Shown: positions 16,528-26,620 of the stretch, piece by piece | How the letters are laid out: each line of letters begins with the position of its first letter | Position numbering within the stretch: position 1 is the first letter of the stretch | Origin: an uncultured Nitrospiraceae bacterium | GTDB taxonomy: Bacteria > Nitrospirota > Nitrospiria > Nitrospirales > Nitrospiraceae | Assembly: GCA_963730935.1 (NCBI GenBank) | Contig: CAVSTP010000005.1 | Coordinates: 1-28,202, forward strand | DNA length: 28,202 nucleotides | Reading direction: 5' to 3' | The notes under the pieces: model-generated | The model's database searches: none | What the model saw: the letters and a program-made list of their open reading frames with translations, nothing else | Told to the model about the DNA's origin: nothing | Translations under genes and position numbers: made by a program

Positions 16528-16836
16528 ATGACCACGACAGAAACCGTCTGGATCGCCATCGGATTTCTCGGGCAAGGGCTGTTTTTCGGCCGCTGGCTGA
16601 TCCAATGGATCGTATCGGAACGACAAGCGGAAAGCCGGATGCCTATCGCCTTTTGGTATTTGAGCTTGGTGGGAGGCTTGATCACGTTGGCCTATGCAAT
16701 CTATCGTCGCGATCCCGTCTTTATCGCCGGCCAGAGCATCGGTGCCCTGGTATATGTCCGAAACCTGATGCTGATCCATCGGCAAGGACCGCAGCCCGCC
16801 CCCGGTTCTGTCGCCTCAGTCGGAAAACCTCAGTAA
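16528..16836 (+). CDS. lipid-A-disaccharide synthase N-terminal domain (LAB_N) membrane protein
   Basis: IGFLGQ.LF..RW.IQW..SE...S..P.AFWYLSL.G...L.YAI.R.DPVFI.GQ...YVRNL. Confidence 0.92.
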   Translation: MTTTETVWIAIGFLGQGLFFGRWLIQWIVSERQAESRMPIAFWYLSLVGGLITLAYAIYRRDPVFIAGQSIGALVYVRNLMLIHRQGPQPAPGSVASVGKPQ

Positions 16837-16848
16837 GGCTCTACGTTC

Positions 16849-18600
16849 ATGGACCAACCGCATTCGACCATCCCCCCACACATCAGAAACTTGGCCATGC
16901 TCAGCCTGTTGGCCGTCCTGCTCCTATTTGGGGGATTGGGCTCGATGGGGCTGACGGACCGGGATGAAGGCCGCAATGCCGAAGCGGGCCGCGAGATGCT
17001 CGAAACGGGAGACTGGATCAGTCCCACCTTCAATTATGAGCCGCGCTTTGCCAAGCCTGTCCTTGTCTATTGGCTGATGAGCCTGTCCTATCGCTGGTTC
17101 GGCGTCGACGAATTCTCCGCCAGACTGCCATCGGCCGTGTTCGGTCTTGGCTTGATCCTGCTTCAATACCTGTTTCTGAGCCGGTTCTTCGGACGGGCCG
17201 TAGGCCTCTTCGGCGCACTCATGCTGCTCCTCAACATCCAGATGATCGGCCTCGGTCGCATGGTACTGACCGACAGCGTGCTGATCTTTTTCACGACGCT
17301 GTCGCTGTTCAGTTTTTGGCTAGGGTTCCACGGCCGGAGCAACGAGCGATGGTGGCGTTGGATGTTCTATCTCGGCATGGCGATGGCCACCCTCGCGAAG
17401 GGGCCGGTAGGATTTCTCGTTCCGCTCGTGACAGTTGCACTCTATTTGACGGCCGTCCGCCAATGGCGTCGGTTGTGGGATGAGGCTTCGCCACTGGCGG
17501 GGAGCGTCCTTTTCGCCGCCGTGGCCCTTCCCTGGTATGCCGTCATGTGGTCAATCCATGGAGCGCAGTACGCCGCATCCGCCCAGGCCAATACGGTCGG
17601 CCGCTTTCTGAATCCGATGGAAGGGCATAGCTTTACGATCCTTTTCTATGTGCCGGTCCTCTTGCTGGGATTCTTTCCCTGGAGCGGGTGGTTGCCCTTT
17701 GCATGGTTTGACGCCTACCGGAGTTGGCGGGAGGTACGACGCCGGACGACAAACGAACCTTCAACTCCCGAGCGGCCGTCCATGGAGCTGGAGTGGTTCG
17801 CGGCAGCCTGGGTCTTGGGAGTCCTGGTCTTTTTTACCTTGTCCTCCACCAGGCTTGCGCATTACATCGGGCCGCTGTTCCCAGCTGCCGCGCTGCTCAC
17901 GGCCGTTTACTGGCACCGAAGCCTATTCGATCCGGATGTCAAGGGTCGACGCGTCTCGATCCATACCATGATGGCAATCGGCTACGTACTGGCCATCGGA
18001 TTCGCGTCGCTGCCTTCGCTGTATCCATCCATTGCCGGGGAACTCACCAAAGAATTTCCGCTGGCGACAACGATCGGTCTAGGAAGCGGGCCGTACTTGG
18101 CGGCGACCGTGTTGCTGATCGGCATGGCACTTGTCGGCTACTTCGGCTTGCACGATGAGAGACGGGCCGGCGCCTTCTGGGCGGCCGGCGCATCCATCGC
18201 GCTGGTAATGCTGATCGTTCTTCAACTGGTCGTTCCCGGCGTCAATCGATACTTCATCTCGCCGCCACAAACCCTGTCCTATACCGCCGGCGTCAATCTC
18301 GCGCCGACCGATCGACTGATCGTCTATGGCTCGACCAGGCCGTCCAATGTGTTTTATGCAAGGCGGAAGGTAATCTTCGTCTCCGAAGGGGAAGAAGCCA
18401 CGATTCGTCAGGTGTTGGCGGAGCCCGGGCAGACGATGGTCGTCCTGCCCGAAACATATGAATCGAAGTTGCCGCCCGAAGCCAAGACGCTGGTGCCGAT
18501 CCTGAAGCAGTACGGGTATGTGCTGCTCGCCACTCGGCCGATGATCACCCTGCCCGAACGCGCAGCACCAGGTCCGGTCGGGGCAATTCCCGCCCATTGA
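16849..18600 (+). CDS. ArnT-like (GT-C, GT83/PMT_2) membrane glycosyltransferase
   Basis: DRDEGRNAEA.REM...GDW..P, RFAKP.L.YW, ARLPSA, LAKGPVG, PWY, HYIGP.FP; many TM helices. Confidence 0.93.
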   Translation: MDQPHSTIPPHIRNLAMLSLLAVLLLFGGLGSMGLTDRDEGRNAEAGREMLETGDWISPTFNYEPRFAKPVLVYWLMSLSYRWFGVDEFSARLPSAVFGLGLILLQYLFLSRFFGRAVGLFGALMLLLNIQMIGLGRMVLTDSVLIFFTTLSLFSFWLGFHGRSNERWWRWMFYLGMAMATLAKGPVGFLVPLVTVALYLTAVRQWRRLWDEASPLAGSVLFAAVALPWYAVMWSIHGAQYAASAQANTVGRFLNPMEGHSFTILFYVPVLLLGFFPWSGWLPFAWFDAYRSWREVRRRTTNEPSTPERPSMELEWFAAAWVLGVLVFFTLSSTRLAHYIGPLFPAAALLTAVYWHRSLFDPDVKGRRVSIHTMMAIGYVLAIGFASLPSLYPSIAGELTKEFPLATTIGLGSGPYLAATVLLIGMALVGYFGLHDERRAGAFWAAGASIALVMLIVLQLVVPGVNRYFISPPQTLSYTAGVNLAPTDRLIVYGSTRPSNVFYARRKVIFVSEGEEATIRQVLAEPGQTMVVLPETYESKLPPEAKTLVPILKQYGYVLLATRPMITLPERAAPGPVGAIPAH

Positions 18601-19686
18601 TTACCCCGTCGACAAGACGCCTCTCAGCTCAATCATGGTAAAGAGGGTCAGCAGCACCGCCAGTCCAAAGGCCGCTTCATAAGGCCATGGGGGGTGAGAG
18701 CTGGCTTTGGTCGCTTGGCCGCTGAAATCCGTGTTCAGCCAATAGGCGAACCACACCAGCAAGATAACCGTCGCCACCCACAGGGACTCTGAACACAGTG
18801 CAATGCCAAGTCCTATCAACGCGACGGCTCCCATGGTCGAAAGAGAGGCGGGCAGCACGTCTGGTCGCACTCTGAGAAGGACATAGGCAATCATTGCCGC
18901 CACGACTATCAGCAATCCGCCTTGACTCAGGATGGTGGCGGTCCTTCCCTGAGAGGGGCTTTGACCGATCGTGGTCATCAGCGCCAGTACAACAGCCAGC
19001 GGCGGCATCACGGTCATCAACGCCGAGGTGAAGGACGCGAACCGCTCTTCCCATGGATGGGCGACGACCGCGCCGATGAGCACGCCAAGGACCGCCCCTG
19101 CCACGATATCCGTGAGAAAATGCGAGGCTCGAAACAGGCGGCTCACAGACACGATAAGCGCCCAGAGAATCACCAGCCAGCGGACCTTTGGGAACCTGAC
19201 CGCCAGAACCGCCGCGACTGCGAAGGTCGCCATAGAATGCCCGGAAGGAAACGAATCCCATCCCGCGCCTCCAAAGGGGGAAAATTCAGAATTGCCCGTG
19301 TGCATGAATTTCGGCCGTCCTCGTCCCACGACATGCTTGATGGCAGTATTGATTCCGCCTGCCACCAGATGGGCAATGAGTGTTTCCCATCCGGCGCGCT
19401 TGAGGCTGGCACGCCCAAGCGTATAACCGGCCGCGAGGAGTACGGCGTTCACGAGGAGAAGGGACTCTCCCTTGCCCACCTCGTTGCCGACATCACTGAG
19501 CTGACGTAGCCATGGATTATGGAGGTGATCGATATGGAAATCGTTGAGCGACCGTATGAAGCGGGTCAAGGAGGCATCGAATTCGATCAATCGGACAAAC
19601 GTGAGCAGCAACGCCAGGCCACAACACGCCAGCGACAAGTAAGGGAGGAGACGGCCCGTCCCCTGCTCACGAGATGTCACCATCAC
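18601..19686 (-). CDS. PAP2-family membrane phosphatase with extra C-terminal TM helices
   Basis: KHVVGRGRP, SFPSGH, SRLFRASHFLTD (motifs C1-C3). Confidence 0.9.
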   Translation of the reverse strand: MMVTSREQGTGRLLPYLSLACCGLALLLTFVRLIEFDASLTRFIRSLNDFHIDHLHNPWLRQLSDVGNEVGKGESLLLVNAVLLAAGYTLGRASLKRAGWETLIAHLVAGGINTAIKHVVGRGRPKFMHTGNSEFSPFGGAGWDSFPSGHSMATFAVAAVLAVRFPKVRWLVILWALIVSVSRLFRASHFLTDIVAGAVLGVLIGAVVAHPWEERFASFTSALMTVMPPLAVVLALMTTIGQSPSQGRTATILSQGGLLIVVAAMIAYVLLRVRPDVLPASLSTMGAVALIGLGIALCSESLWVATVILLVWFAYWLNTDFSGQATKASSHPPWPYEAAFGLAVLLTLFTMIELRGVLSTG

Positions 19687-20807
19687 GGCATCCAGTCGGC
19701 GAGAAACACATTGAATTCGCCCGGTGATTTCGACAACCGGTCGGAGACCCAGACCAACTGCTTGCCGTCAGGCGAAAACATCGGAAAGCTGTTGAAATGG
19801 CCCTCGACCGTTACCCGCTCGAGTCCCTTTCCGTCGTCACCGATTAGAAAGAGATGGAAACTCGGGTGCCCCCCCTCCCCTCTGGTCTCGACGTTAGAGG
19901 AAAAGATGATGCGCTTGCCGTCCGGATGAAAGAACGGCGAAAAATTTGAGGCGCCGTTTGCGGTGACTTGGCGCTTGTCGCTTCCGTCAGCGTTCATGAC
20001 AAAAATTTCAAGCTGGCCTGGCTCTACCAGCCGTTGGCCCAGCAGTTCTTTGTACCGGGATACTTCAGCCGGATCAGTCGGATGAGACGCACGGTAGACA
20101 ATGCGTTTGCTGTCCGGCGAGAAAAACGCTCCGCCGTCGTAGCCGACCTCATCGGTGAGCCGCCGCGGTTTCGTTCCGTCCAGATTCATCGCGTAGAGAT
20201 CGAGATCGCCGTCCTTCACGGATGTCCAGACGATGGTCTTTCCGTCCGGGGAAATCGTCGCTTCCGCGTCGTATCCCGGCGTCGCGGTGAGTCGTTGCAT
20301 CTCCTGCCCATCGATGCGCACGGCATAGAGGTCATAGTCATCCAGCGCCCAGCGATAGGCCCCGTCACGCTTGGGCTTTGGCGGGCAGTTGGGTCCTGAC
20401 GCATACGTCGACGAATACAACACGCGGCGGTCACCTGGGAAAAAATAACCGCAGGTCGTGGCGCCCGTCCCGGTGCTCACCAAACGGATGGTCTCGCTCT
20501 GGAGGTCCATCACGTACATCTGATAGCAGCCGAGGGCTTCTTCGGCCGGTTTGAGCGTGGCCGCGAAGGAATCTTTCATCCAATTGTTCGTAGACTGGAA
20601 AATCAGTTTGGTGCCGTCGAACGAAAAATAGGCTTCGGCGTTTTGGCGGCCGAAGGTCAGCTGGCGAATGTTCTTCAAGTGACGTTCTGAGCTCGTTGCC
20701 GCCTGCGGCGCGGCGGGTGGCCCGCCGGCATAGCCCGGCTGGACACACCACGCAAATGCCGCCACCACGATAATCAAGAGCGTCCTAGCGGTCCGACACA
20801 GACTCAT
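19683..20807 (-). CDS. TolB-like PD40-repeat beta-propeller protein
   Basis: Signal peptide; repeated (F/I)SPDGK/FSFDG units, NAEAYFS, GYDAEAT, GYDGGAFFS. Confidence 0.9.
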   Translation of the reverse strand: MSLCRTARTLLIIVVAAFAWCVQPGYAGGPPAAPQAATSSERHLKNIRQLTFGRQNAEAYFSFDGTKLIFQSTNNWMKDSFAATLKPAEEALGCYQMYVMDLQSETIRLVSTGTGATTCGYFFPGDRRVLYSSTYASGPNCPPKPKRDGAYRWALDDYDLYAVRIDGQEMQRLTATPGYDAEATISPDGKTIVWTSVKDGDLDLYAMNLDGTKPRRLTDEVGYDGGAFFSPDSKRIVYRASHPTDPAEVSRYKELLGQRLVEPGQLEIFVMNADGSDKRQVTANGASNFSPFFHPDGKRIIFSSNVETRGEGGHPSFHLFLIGDDGKGLERVTVEGHFNSFPMFSPDGKQLVWVSDRLSKSPGEFNVFLADWMP

Positions 20808-23016
20808 CGATCAATACCTCCATTCGAGCCTGGGAAGGCTCCCACTCGCCGCGCGCGATCGGCTTGCCGTGCTGAAAGACGACGAAGCTGTTCCAGCCGT
20901 AAAAGAACAGCAACCGGGCGACGGCGGTCGCGGCCTGCGGGGAAGCAGCGTAGAGCCAGGTCACGACGCTGCCCGGATGATCCCGTCGATGACAGCTCAC
21001 CAGTGCGGCGATGGCCGGTCCGTCATAGGTCGTCCCCTCGATGGTCACGCCTCCTTCGCGGAGCTGGACACGAGAACCGCAGTGCGTCTCGAGAACCGGC
21101 TGAAGAGCTTCGCGCGAGGCCGGGGTTGTCAATACTAGCACCGAACCTTCCGAAGGCAACAGCAGGTCATGAACGAACGGAATCATGGCTGTCCGTTCCG
21201 ACCCTGGCTTCTGACTCTCCTGTGCCTCAATCCGCGTAAGGACTTCGCGAAAGGGATGCCCGGCGTCGACCGGTTCTCCAAGAGCCGCGATCACCGAACG
21301 ATGCTGATCTGTGACGTAGTGGTTCAAGACGGGGGGTAGGTTTTGCCGGGGGATCCGGCGGAGAACTGTCGCATCGGGATCGACCTCGATCGAAAGCGGC
21401 CTCACCGGCAGTGGGATCGTGAAGAAAGTCTCAGAATCCTGGAGGCGAGTCCGGAAGATCTGCTCGCCTCCGCCCGACATCCGAATGCGCAGCGGCAGCG
21501 GTGATTGAAACGCCGCACCGGTCTGCACGACGTGACCGCGCAATGAGAATGATCCAGCGGTGGACCGACGTGCGGAGACGTCCTTCACGTCTACATCAGG
21601 CGCCCCGCGTTGTTCGACCCACTGTGCGAAAAACCAGCGGAGGTTTTTCCCCGACGTGTCGCCAAATACCCGCTCCAAATCCTGCCAATCGGCGCGACGG
21701 CCCCGATACTGTGAGACGAGCTGCTTCAGCGACCGCCAGAACGGCTCGTCGCCGACCTCTTGCCGGAGCAGATGAAATACCATCGCGGCTTTTTGATAGC
21801 CGATGGCGTTGTCGCGCTCATCGTGCTTCTGCGTGAACTGCCGAAGCGGATAATCGCGGTCCGGAGGCACCTGCAGGTTATATCCACGCAGCATGAGCCG
21901 CCGCTGATCCCGTGCCTGGTCTTGATCGCCAGACCGCTCGTGCCAATAGTAGTTGGCCAGATACGTCGTCAAGCCTTCAACCCAATTTCCTTGCTCTATA
22001 CGGTTGAACACGGCATTTCCGATCCAGGAATGCACGATCTCGTGACCCAAGGCATAGGGCTGAACATAGTGACGCTTGATCACGCCGCTCCCGAGCAAGG
22101 TAAAGGAGGGCATTCCCAGTCCACTGGCAAAAAAGTTCTCCACCACTGCGAACGTGTCAAACGGAAAGGGGCCAAGCAGGGCGATGTACGTCTCAAGATA
22201 GCGAGCAGTCGCATCGAGATATTCGTCCGCCAGCTGCGCGTCCTCGGGAAACAGATAGGTGCCCAGCTGGACCTGTTGCCCTTCCTTGGACGACCAATTA
22301 CGCGTTTTTGCCACGAATCGGTTCGCGACTAGCGTCAGCGCCTCGGTCGGTTGAATCGGTTCCCATTCTGTCAAGATCAGATCGCGGTTGGAGCACAGCG
22401 CTGGGGGGCAGGAGCCGGAGCTTCGAACCTTCGCTTGCGTGACAGCTGTCCATCCGGAAGGCAAGGCCACGGTAAGGCGATAGGCGCTCAGTGACTCAGG
22501 CACATCCAGATACCACTGAGTTTCGCTGCTCAGATAGATCCCCTCGGAACCGATATGACCGGCGGTTTCACTCGGAGTCACAAACCGCAAATGACGGGGC
22601 TCCTTGGGCGGATCGTTGATCGTCCCGTGATAGTACGCGGTCATGGTCGCCGGGCCCTTGCCCAGCAACGAGGCCGGAATCGTGATGTGCTGCGCGGCGG
22701 CCGATTGATGATTGACGTCAAACCAGAGGTCCCGTCCGGCATCGTCCGCCGAGGTCTGCGAAGGGGACAACACCAGCCGGTCGAGCTGTAGTGTCGGCGC
22801 AAGGGAGAACTGGATCGACTGCGCCTGTCCGGGTTCGATCATGAACCGATCCGTTGCCACGAGCGCATGCCGCTCGGGATCAATCTGGACGAACAGATCG
22901 TGACGGAGGACCGAGCCTGAGGAGTCGGAAGCCGCGGCTGGCTCTGCAAGCGGCGGACTCAAGGAGATGAGCCACAGCACGCAGGCGAGGGCCGGCCCGC
23001 TGTACGCATATGCCAT
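20785..23016 (-). CDS. exported M1-family metallopeptidase
   Basis: HEIVHSWIGN...NWVEGLTTY (HExxH-x18-E), GYQKAAMVFH, signal peptide. GAMEN is replaced by GLGMP. Start ATG 23016 inferred. Confidence 0.88.
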   Translation of the reverse strand: MAYAYSGPALACVLWLISLSPPLAEPAAASDSSGSVLRHDLFVQIDPERHALVATDRFMIEPGQAQSIQFSLAPTLQLDRLVLSPSQTSADDAGRDLWFDVNHQSAAAQHITIPASLLGKGPATMTAYYHGTINDPPKEPRHLRFVTPSETAGHIGSEGIYLSSETQWYLDVPESLSAYRLTVALPSGWTAVTQAKVRSSGSCPPALCSNRDLILTEWEPIQPTEALTLVANRFVAKTRNWSSKEGQQVQLGTYLFPEDAQLADEYLDATARYLETYIALLGPFPFDTFAVVENFFASGLGMPSFTLLGSGVIKRHYVQPYALGHEIVHSWIGNAVFNRIEQGNWVEGLTTYLANYYWHERSGDQDQARDQRRLMLRGYNLQVPPDRDYPLRQFTQKHDERDNAIGYQKAAMVFHLLRQEVGDEPFWRSLKQLVSQYRGRRADWQDLERVFGDTSGKNLRWFFAQWVEQRGAPDVDVKDVSARRSTAGSFSLRGHVVQTGAAFQSPLPLRIRMSGGGEQIFRTRLQDSETFFTIPLPVRPLSIEVDPDATVLRRIPRQNLPPVLNHYVTDQHRSVIAALGEPVDAGHPFREVLTRIEAQESQKPGSERTAMIPFVHDLLLPSEGSVLVLTTPASREALQPVLETHCGSRVQLREGGVTIEGTTYDGPAIAALVSCHRRDHPGSVVTWLYAASPQAATAVARLLFFYGWNSFVVFQHGKPIARGEWEPSQARMEVLIDESVSDR

Positions 23017-23026
23017 CAGAGGGGTT

Positions 23027-23806
23027 TTAACACTCGCGGCACACGAGCACAAGCTGGATGATGGCGAGCAATTTCTCGAGATCGATGGGCTTGCTGATGA
23101 CTTCTTGCGGATGCAGCGACCAGGCGTCCTGGAGTAGTTCTTCGTCGTAGCTGCCGGTCACGATGATGATCGCCCCGGTGAAATGTTTGTCCCGCAATCG
23201 CCGAAGCACCTCGACACCGCTCATGCCAGGGAGCATCAGGTCCAATAAGATAAGATCCGGCGGCGCCTGCTCTACCATGGAGAGCGCCTGAGTGCCATCT
23301 TTGACGCCTAGGGCCCGATACCCACGAAGACCCAGGAACTGGACGAGCAGGTCACGAACCAGTTGTTCGTCATCGACGATGAGGACGGTCTCTCCAGTGT
23401 CCGCGGCAGGACCTGCCTGGACGCCGGCGGCATCCAACTTTCTGGCCGGCTGTTGGACGACGCGATTGACCCCTTCGACGAGCACGTCCAGCGACAACCC
23501 TTTGCGGACGAAGTCGGTGACGCGCAGCGCGCGGGCCTGGTTTTCCTGGACCTCCGTCGCTCCTCCACCCAGGATAATCACCGGCGCTTGCGGATCGATC
23601 GCACGAATCTCCTTCAACACGGTCAACCCGTCCATTTCCGGCATCCGCAGGTCGAGAATCGTCACACGGGGATTGTGCTTGCGGAAGAGATTCAGCCCCT
23701 CGAGGCCGCTGGTAGCCGAATGGACGTCATAGCCATGACGCGTCAAGACGGCCTGCAGAAGGTCGCAATTCATGCGGTCGTCATCGATGACAAGAATTTT
23801 GACCAT
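23027..23806 (-). CDS. tandem receiver-domain (REC-REC) response regulator
   Basis: ILVIDDD...ILDLRMP...FVRK and VLIVDDE...LLDLMLP...VTG...ISKP; no output domain. Confidence 0.92.
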   Translation of the reverse strand: MVKILVIDDDRMNCDLLQAVLTRHGYDVHSATSGLEGLNLFRKHNPRVTILDLRMPEMDGLTVLKEIRAIDPQAPVIILGGGATEVQENQARALRVTDFVRKGLSLDVLVEGVNRVVQQPARKLDAAGVQAGPAADTGETVLIVDDEQLVRDLLVQFLGLRGYRALGVKDGTQALSMVEQAPPDLILLDLMLPGMSGVEVLRRLRDKHFTGAIIIVTGSYDEELLQDAWSLHPQEVISKPIDLEKLLAIIQLVLVCREC

Positions 23807-23913
23807 GCTCAGTACTCAGCGATATCGTTCTATGAATCCAGGCCTGGCACAGGGGCGAGCCTACCATGGCACCGGCACCTTGAGAAGCAAAAGAGGGGAA
23901 CACGCGGAAGCCG

Positions 23914-24843
23914 TTACTCGGCTGAGAGGCCTAAGAGCGCGTCGACGAAAGCCCGCGGCTGAAAGTCCTGCAGGTCCTCAACACCTTCTCCCACGCCGAT
24001 CAACCGAACGGGCAATTTCAATTCGTCCGCAATGGCCACGACGATGCCTCCTTTGGCGGTGCCATCGAGCTTCGTGAGGGCGAGGCCCGTGACACCCACC
24101 GTTTCGCGAAACTGGCGCGCTTGAGCCAGGGCGTTCTGCCCGAGCGTGGCATCCAGGACGAGCAACACCTCATGGGGAGCACCGGGCAACGCCTGTCCGA
24201 TCACCCGTGTCACTTTTCGAAGCTCTTCCATCAGGTTGGACTTGGTGTGAAGACGGCCGGCCGTATCGATCAACACGACGTCGGCCTGTCTGGCCTTCGC
24301 CGCAGCGATGCCGTCGTAAGCCACCGCCGCTGGGTCGGCTCCATGACGATGGCGGACGACTTCGACGCCGATGCGATCCGCCCACACTTGCAATTGGTCG
24401 ATGGCGGCAGCGCGAAAGGTATCGGCAGCCACCAACAGCGGCACGCGCTTCCCTTGCATCAGACGTTGGGCAAGCTTCGCCATGCTGGTGGTTTTTCCAA
24501 CACCGTTCACACCCACCACGAGCACGACGTACGGTTTCGGCCCCTCAGCAACCAATGCTTCGAACGAGGGACCGGACGCAGGACGGAGAATGTCCAGCAG
24601 CGTCTGGCGCAAGGTACTATGGACATGGGCGACTTGCGAGGCATCCGTGCCCTTCAGGGCTTCTTTAAGCTGGCTGATGACGCGTTCGGCGACCGAGGCT
24701 CCAAGATCCGATGAAATCAGCGTGGCTTCGAATTCATCCAGCAGCGCAGGATCCACGGCGCGTCCCAATAACCGATCCAGGGAACCGCGGACCGCGGACC
24801 GCGTCTTGGTGAGTCCTTCACTGAGTCGCTGCATCCATCCCAT
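23914..24843 (-). CDS. ftsY: signal recognition particle receptor
   Basis: GVNGVGKTT, DTFRAAA, DTAGR, TKLDGTAKGG. Confidence 0.97.
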   Translation of the reverse strand: MGWMQRLSEGLTKTRSAVRGSLDRLLGRAVDPALLDEFEATLISSDLGASVAERVISQLKEALKGTDASQVAHVHSTLRQTLLDILRPASGPSFEALVAEGPKPYVVLVVGVNGVGKTTSMAKLAQRLMQGKRVPLLVAADTFRAAAIDQLQVWADRIGVEVVRHRHGADPAAVAYDGIAAAKARQADVVLIDTAGRLHTKSNLMEELRKVTRVIGQALPGAPHEVLLVLDATLGQNALAQARQFRETVGVTGLALTKLDGTAKGGIVVAIADELKLPVRLIGVGEGVEDLQDFQPRAFVDALLGLSAE

Positions 24844-24846
24844 ACG

Positions 24847-25349
24847 CTAAACCTCTCTTGCTGTACGCAGGGGACTGTCGTGATGGGCTCGGACTAATCT
24901 GGCAATGGGGCCCAACCGCCGACGCATCTGCCGTTCTTTCTTCTGCATGCGCCAGGCTTCCGGCCTGCTGCGTTCATGATCATAGCCGCAGAGATGCAGC
25001 ACACCATGGATCAGCAACGTCACAAGCTCTTCTTCCAACGGTCGGCCAGCCGCCTTGGCTTGACGCTGAGCCGTCGGCAAGGAAATGACTACGTCACCGA
25101 GGTGGGCGGCTCCCCGATGGAAGCCGTGAGGTGCTCGTGCCTCTCGGAACGCGAAGGCCAATACGTCCGTACTGCGATCTTTGTGTCGAAACCGGCGGTT
25201 GAGCCTCCGCATCCGCCGATCGCCCACCAGCGAGAGGTTCATATCTGCCGACGGCTCGCCGACAAGCTTCAGGACGGTGTTCGCCAATCCCAGGACCCGC
25301 CTGCGACCGACTGTCACCGTCCGAACATGTACTTGAAGCGAAACGGGCA

Positions 25350-25350
<1 letters not shown>
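24847..25350 (-). CDS. ybeY: rRNA maturation endoribonuclease
   Basis: LNRRFR.KD..TDVL.F, LGDVVIS, HGVLHLCGYDH; TAATG overlap with the phoH stop. Confidence 0.95.
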
Positions 25351-26412
<1,062 letters not shown>

Positions 26413-26451
26413 GAGGGCCGAAGCCCGTCCCTCCTCTACGATGCTAGTGTG

Positions 26452-26480
26452 ATTCTAGCAAAGCCGCGGGAAAGGGACAA
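26452..26480 (-). promoter_or_regulatory. sigma70 promoter candidate for the phoH-ybeY-ftsY operon
   Basis: TTGTCC-N17-TAGAAT with extended -10 TG. Confidence 0.6.
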
Positions 26481-26620
26481 GTTCCCGTTTCGAAAGCGCA
26501 GTGCTCATCTACCGCCAGCCGACAGGCCCCGCCAGCCTGGGGTTCTCGAGTGACACCCATGCCGCCGCCGTTTTTCGGGCTGACGATATCCGACCCGCCG
26601 TCGCTGAACAGGTGTGGAGG

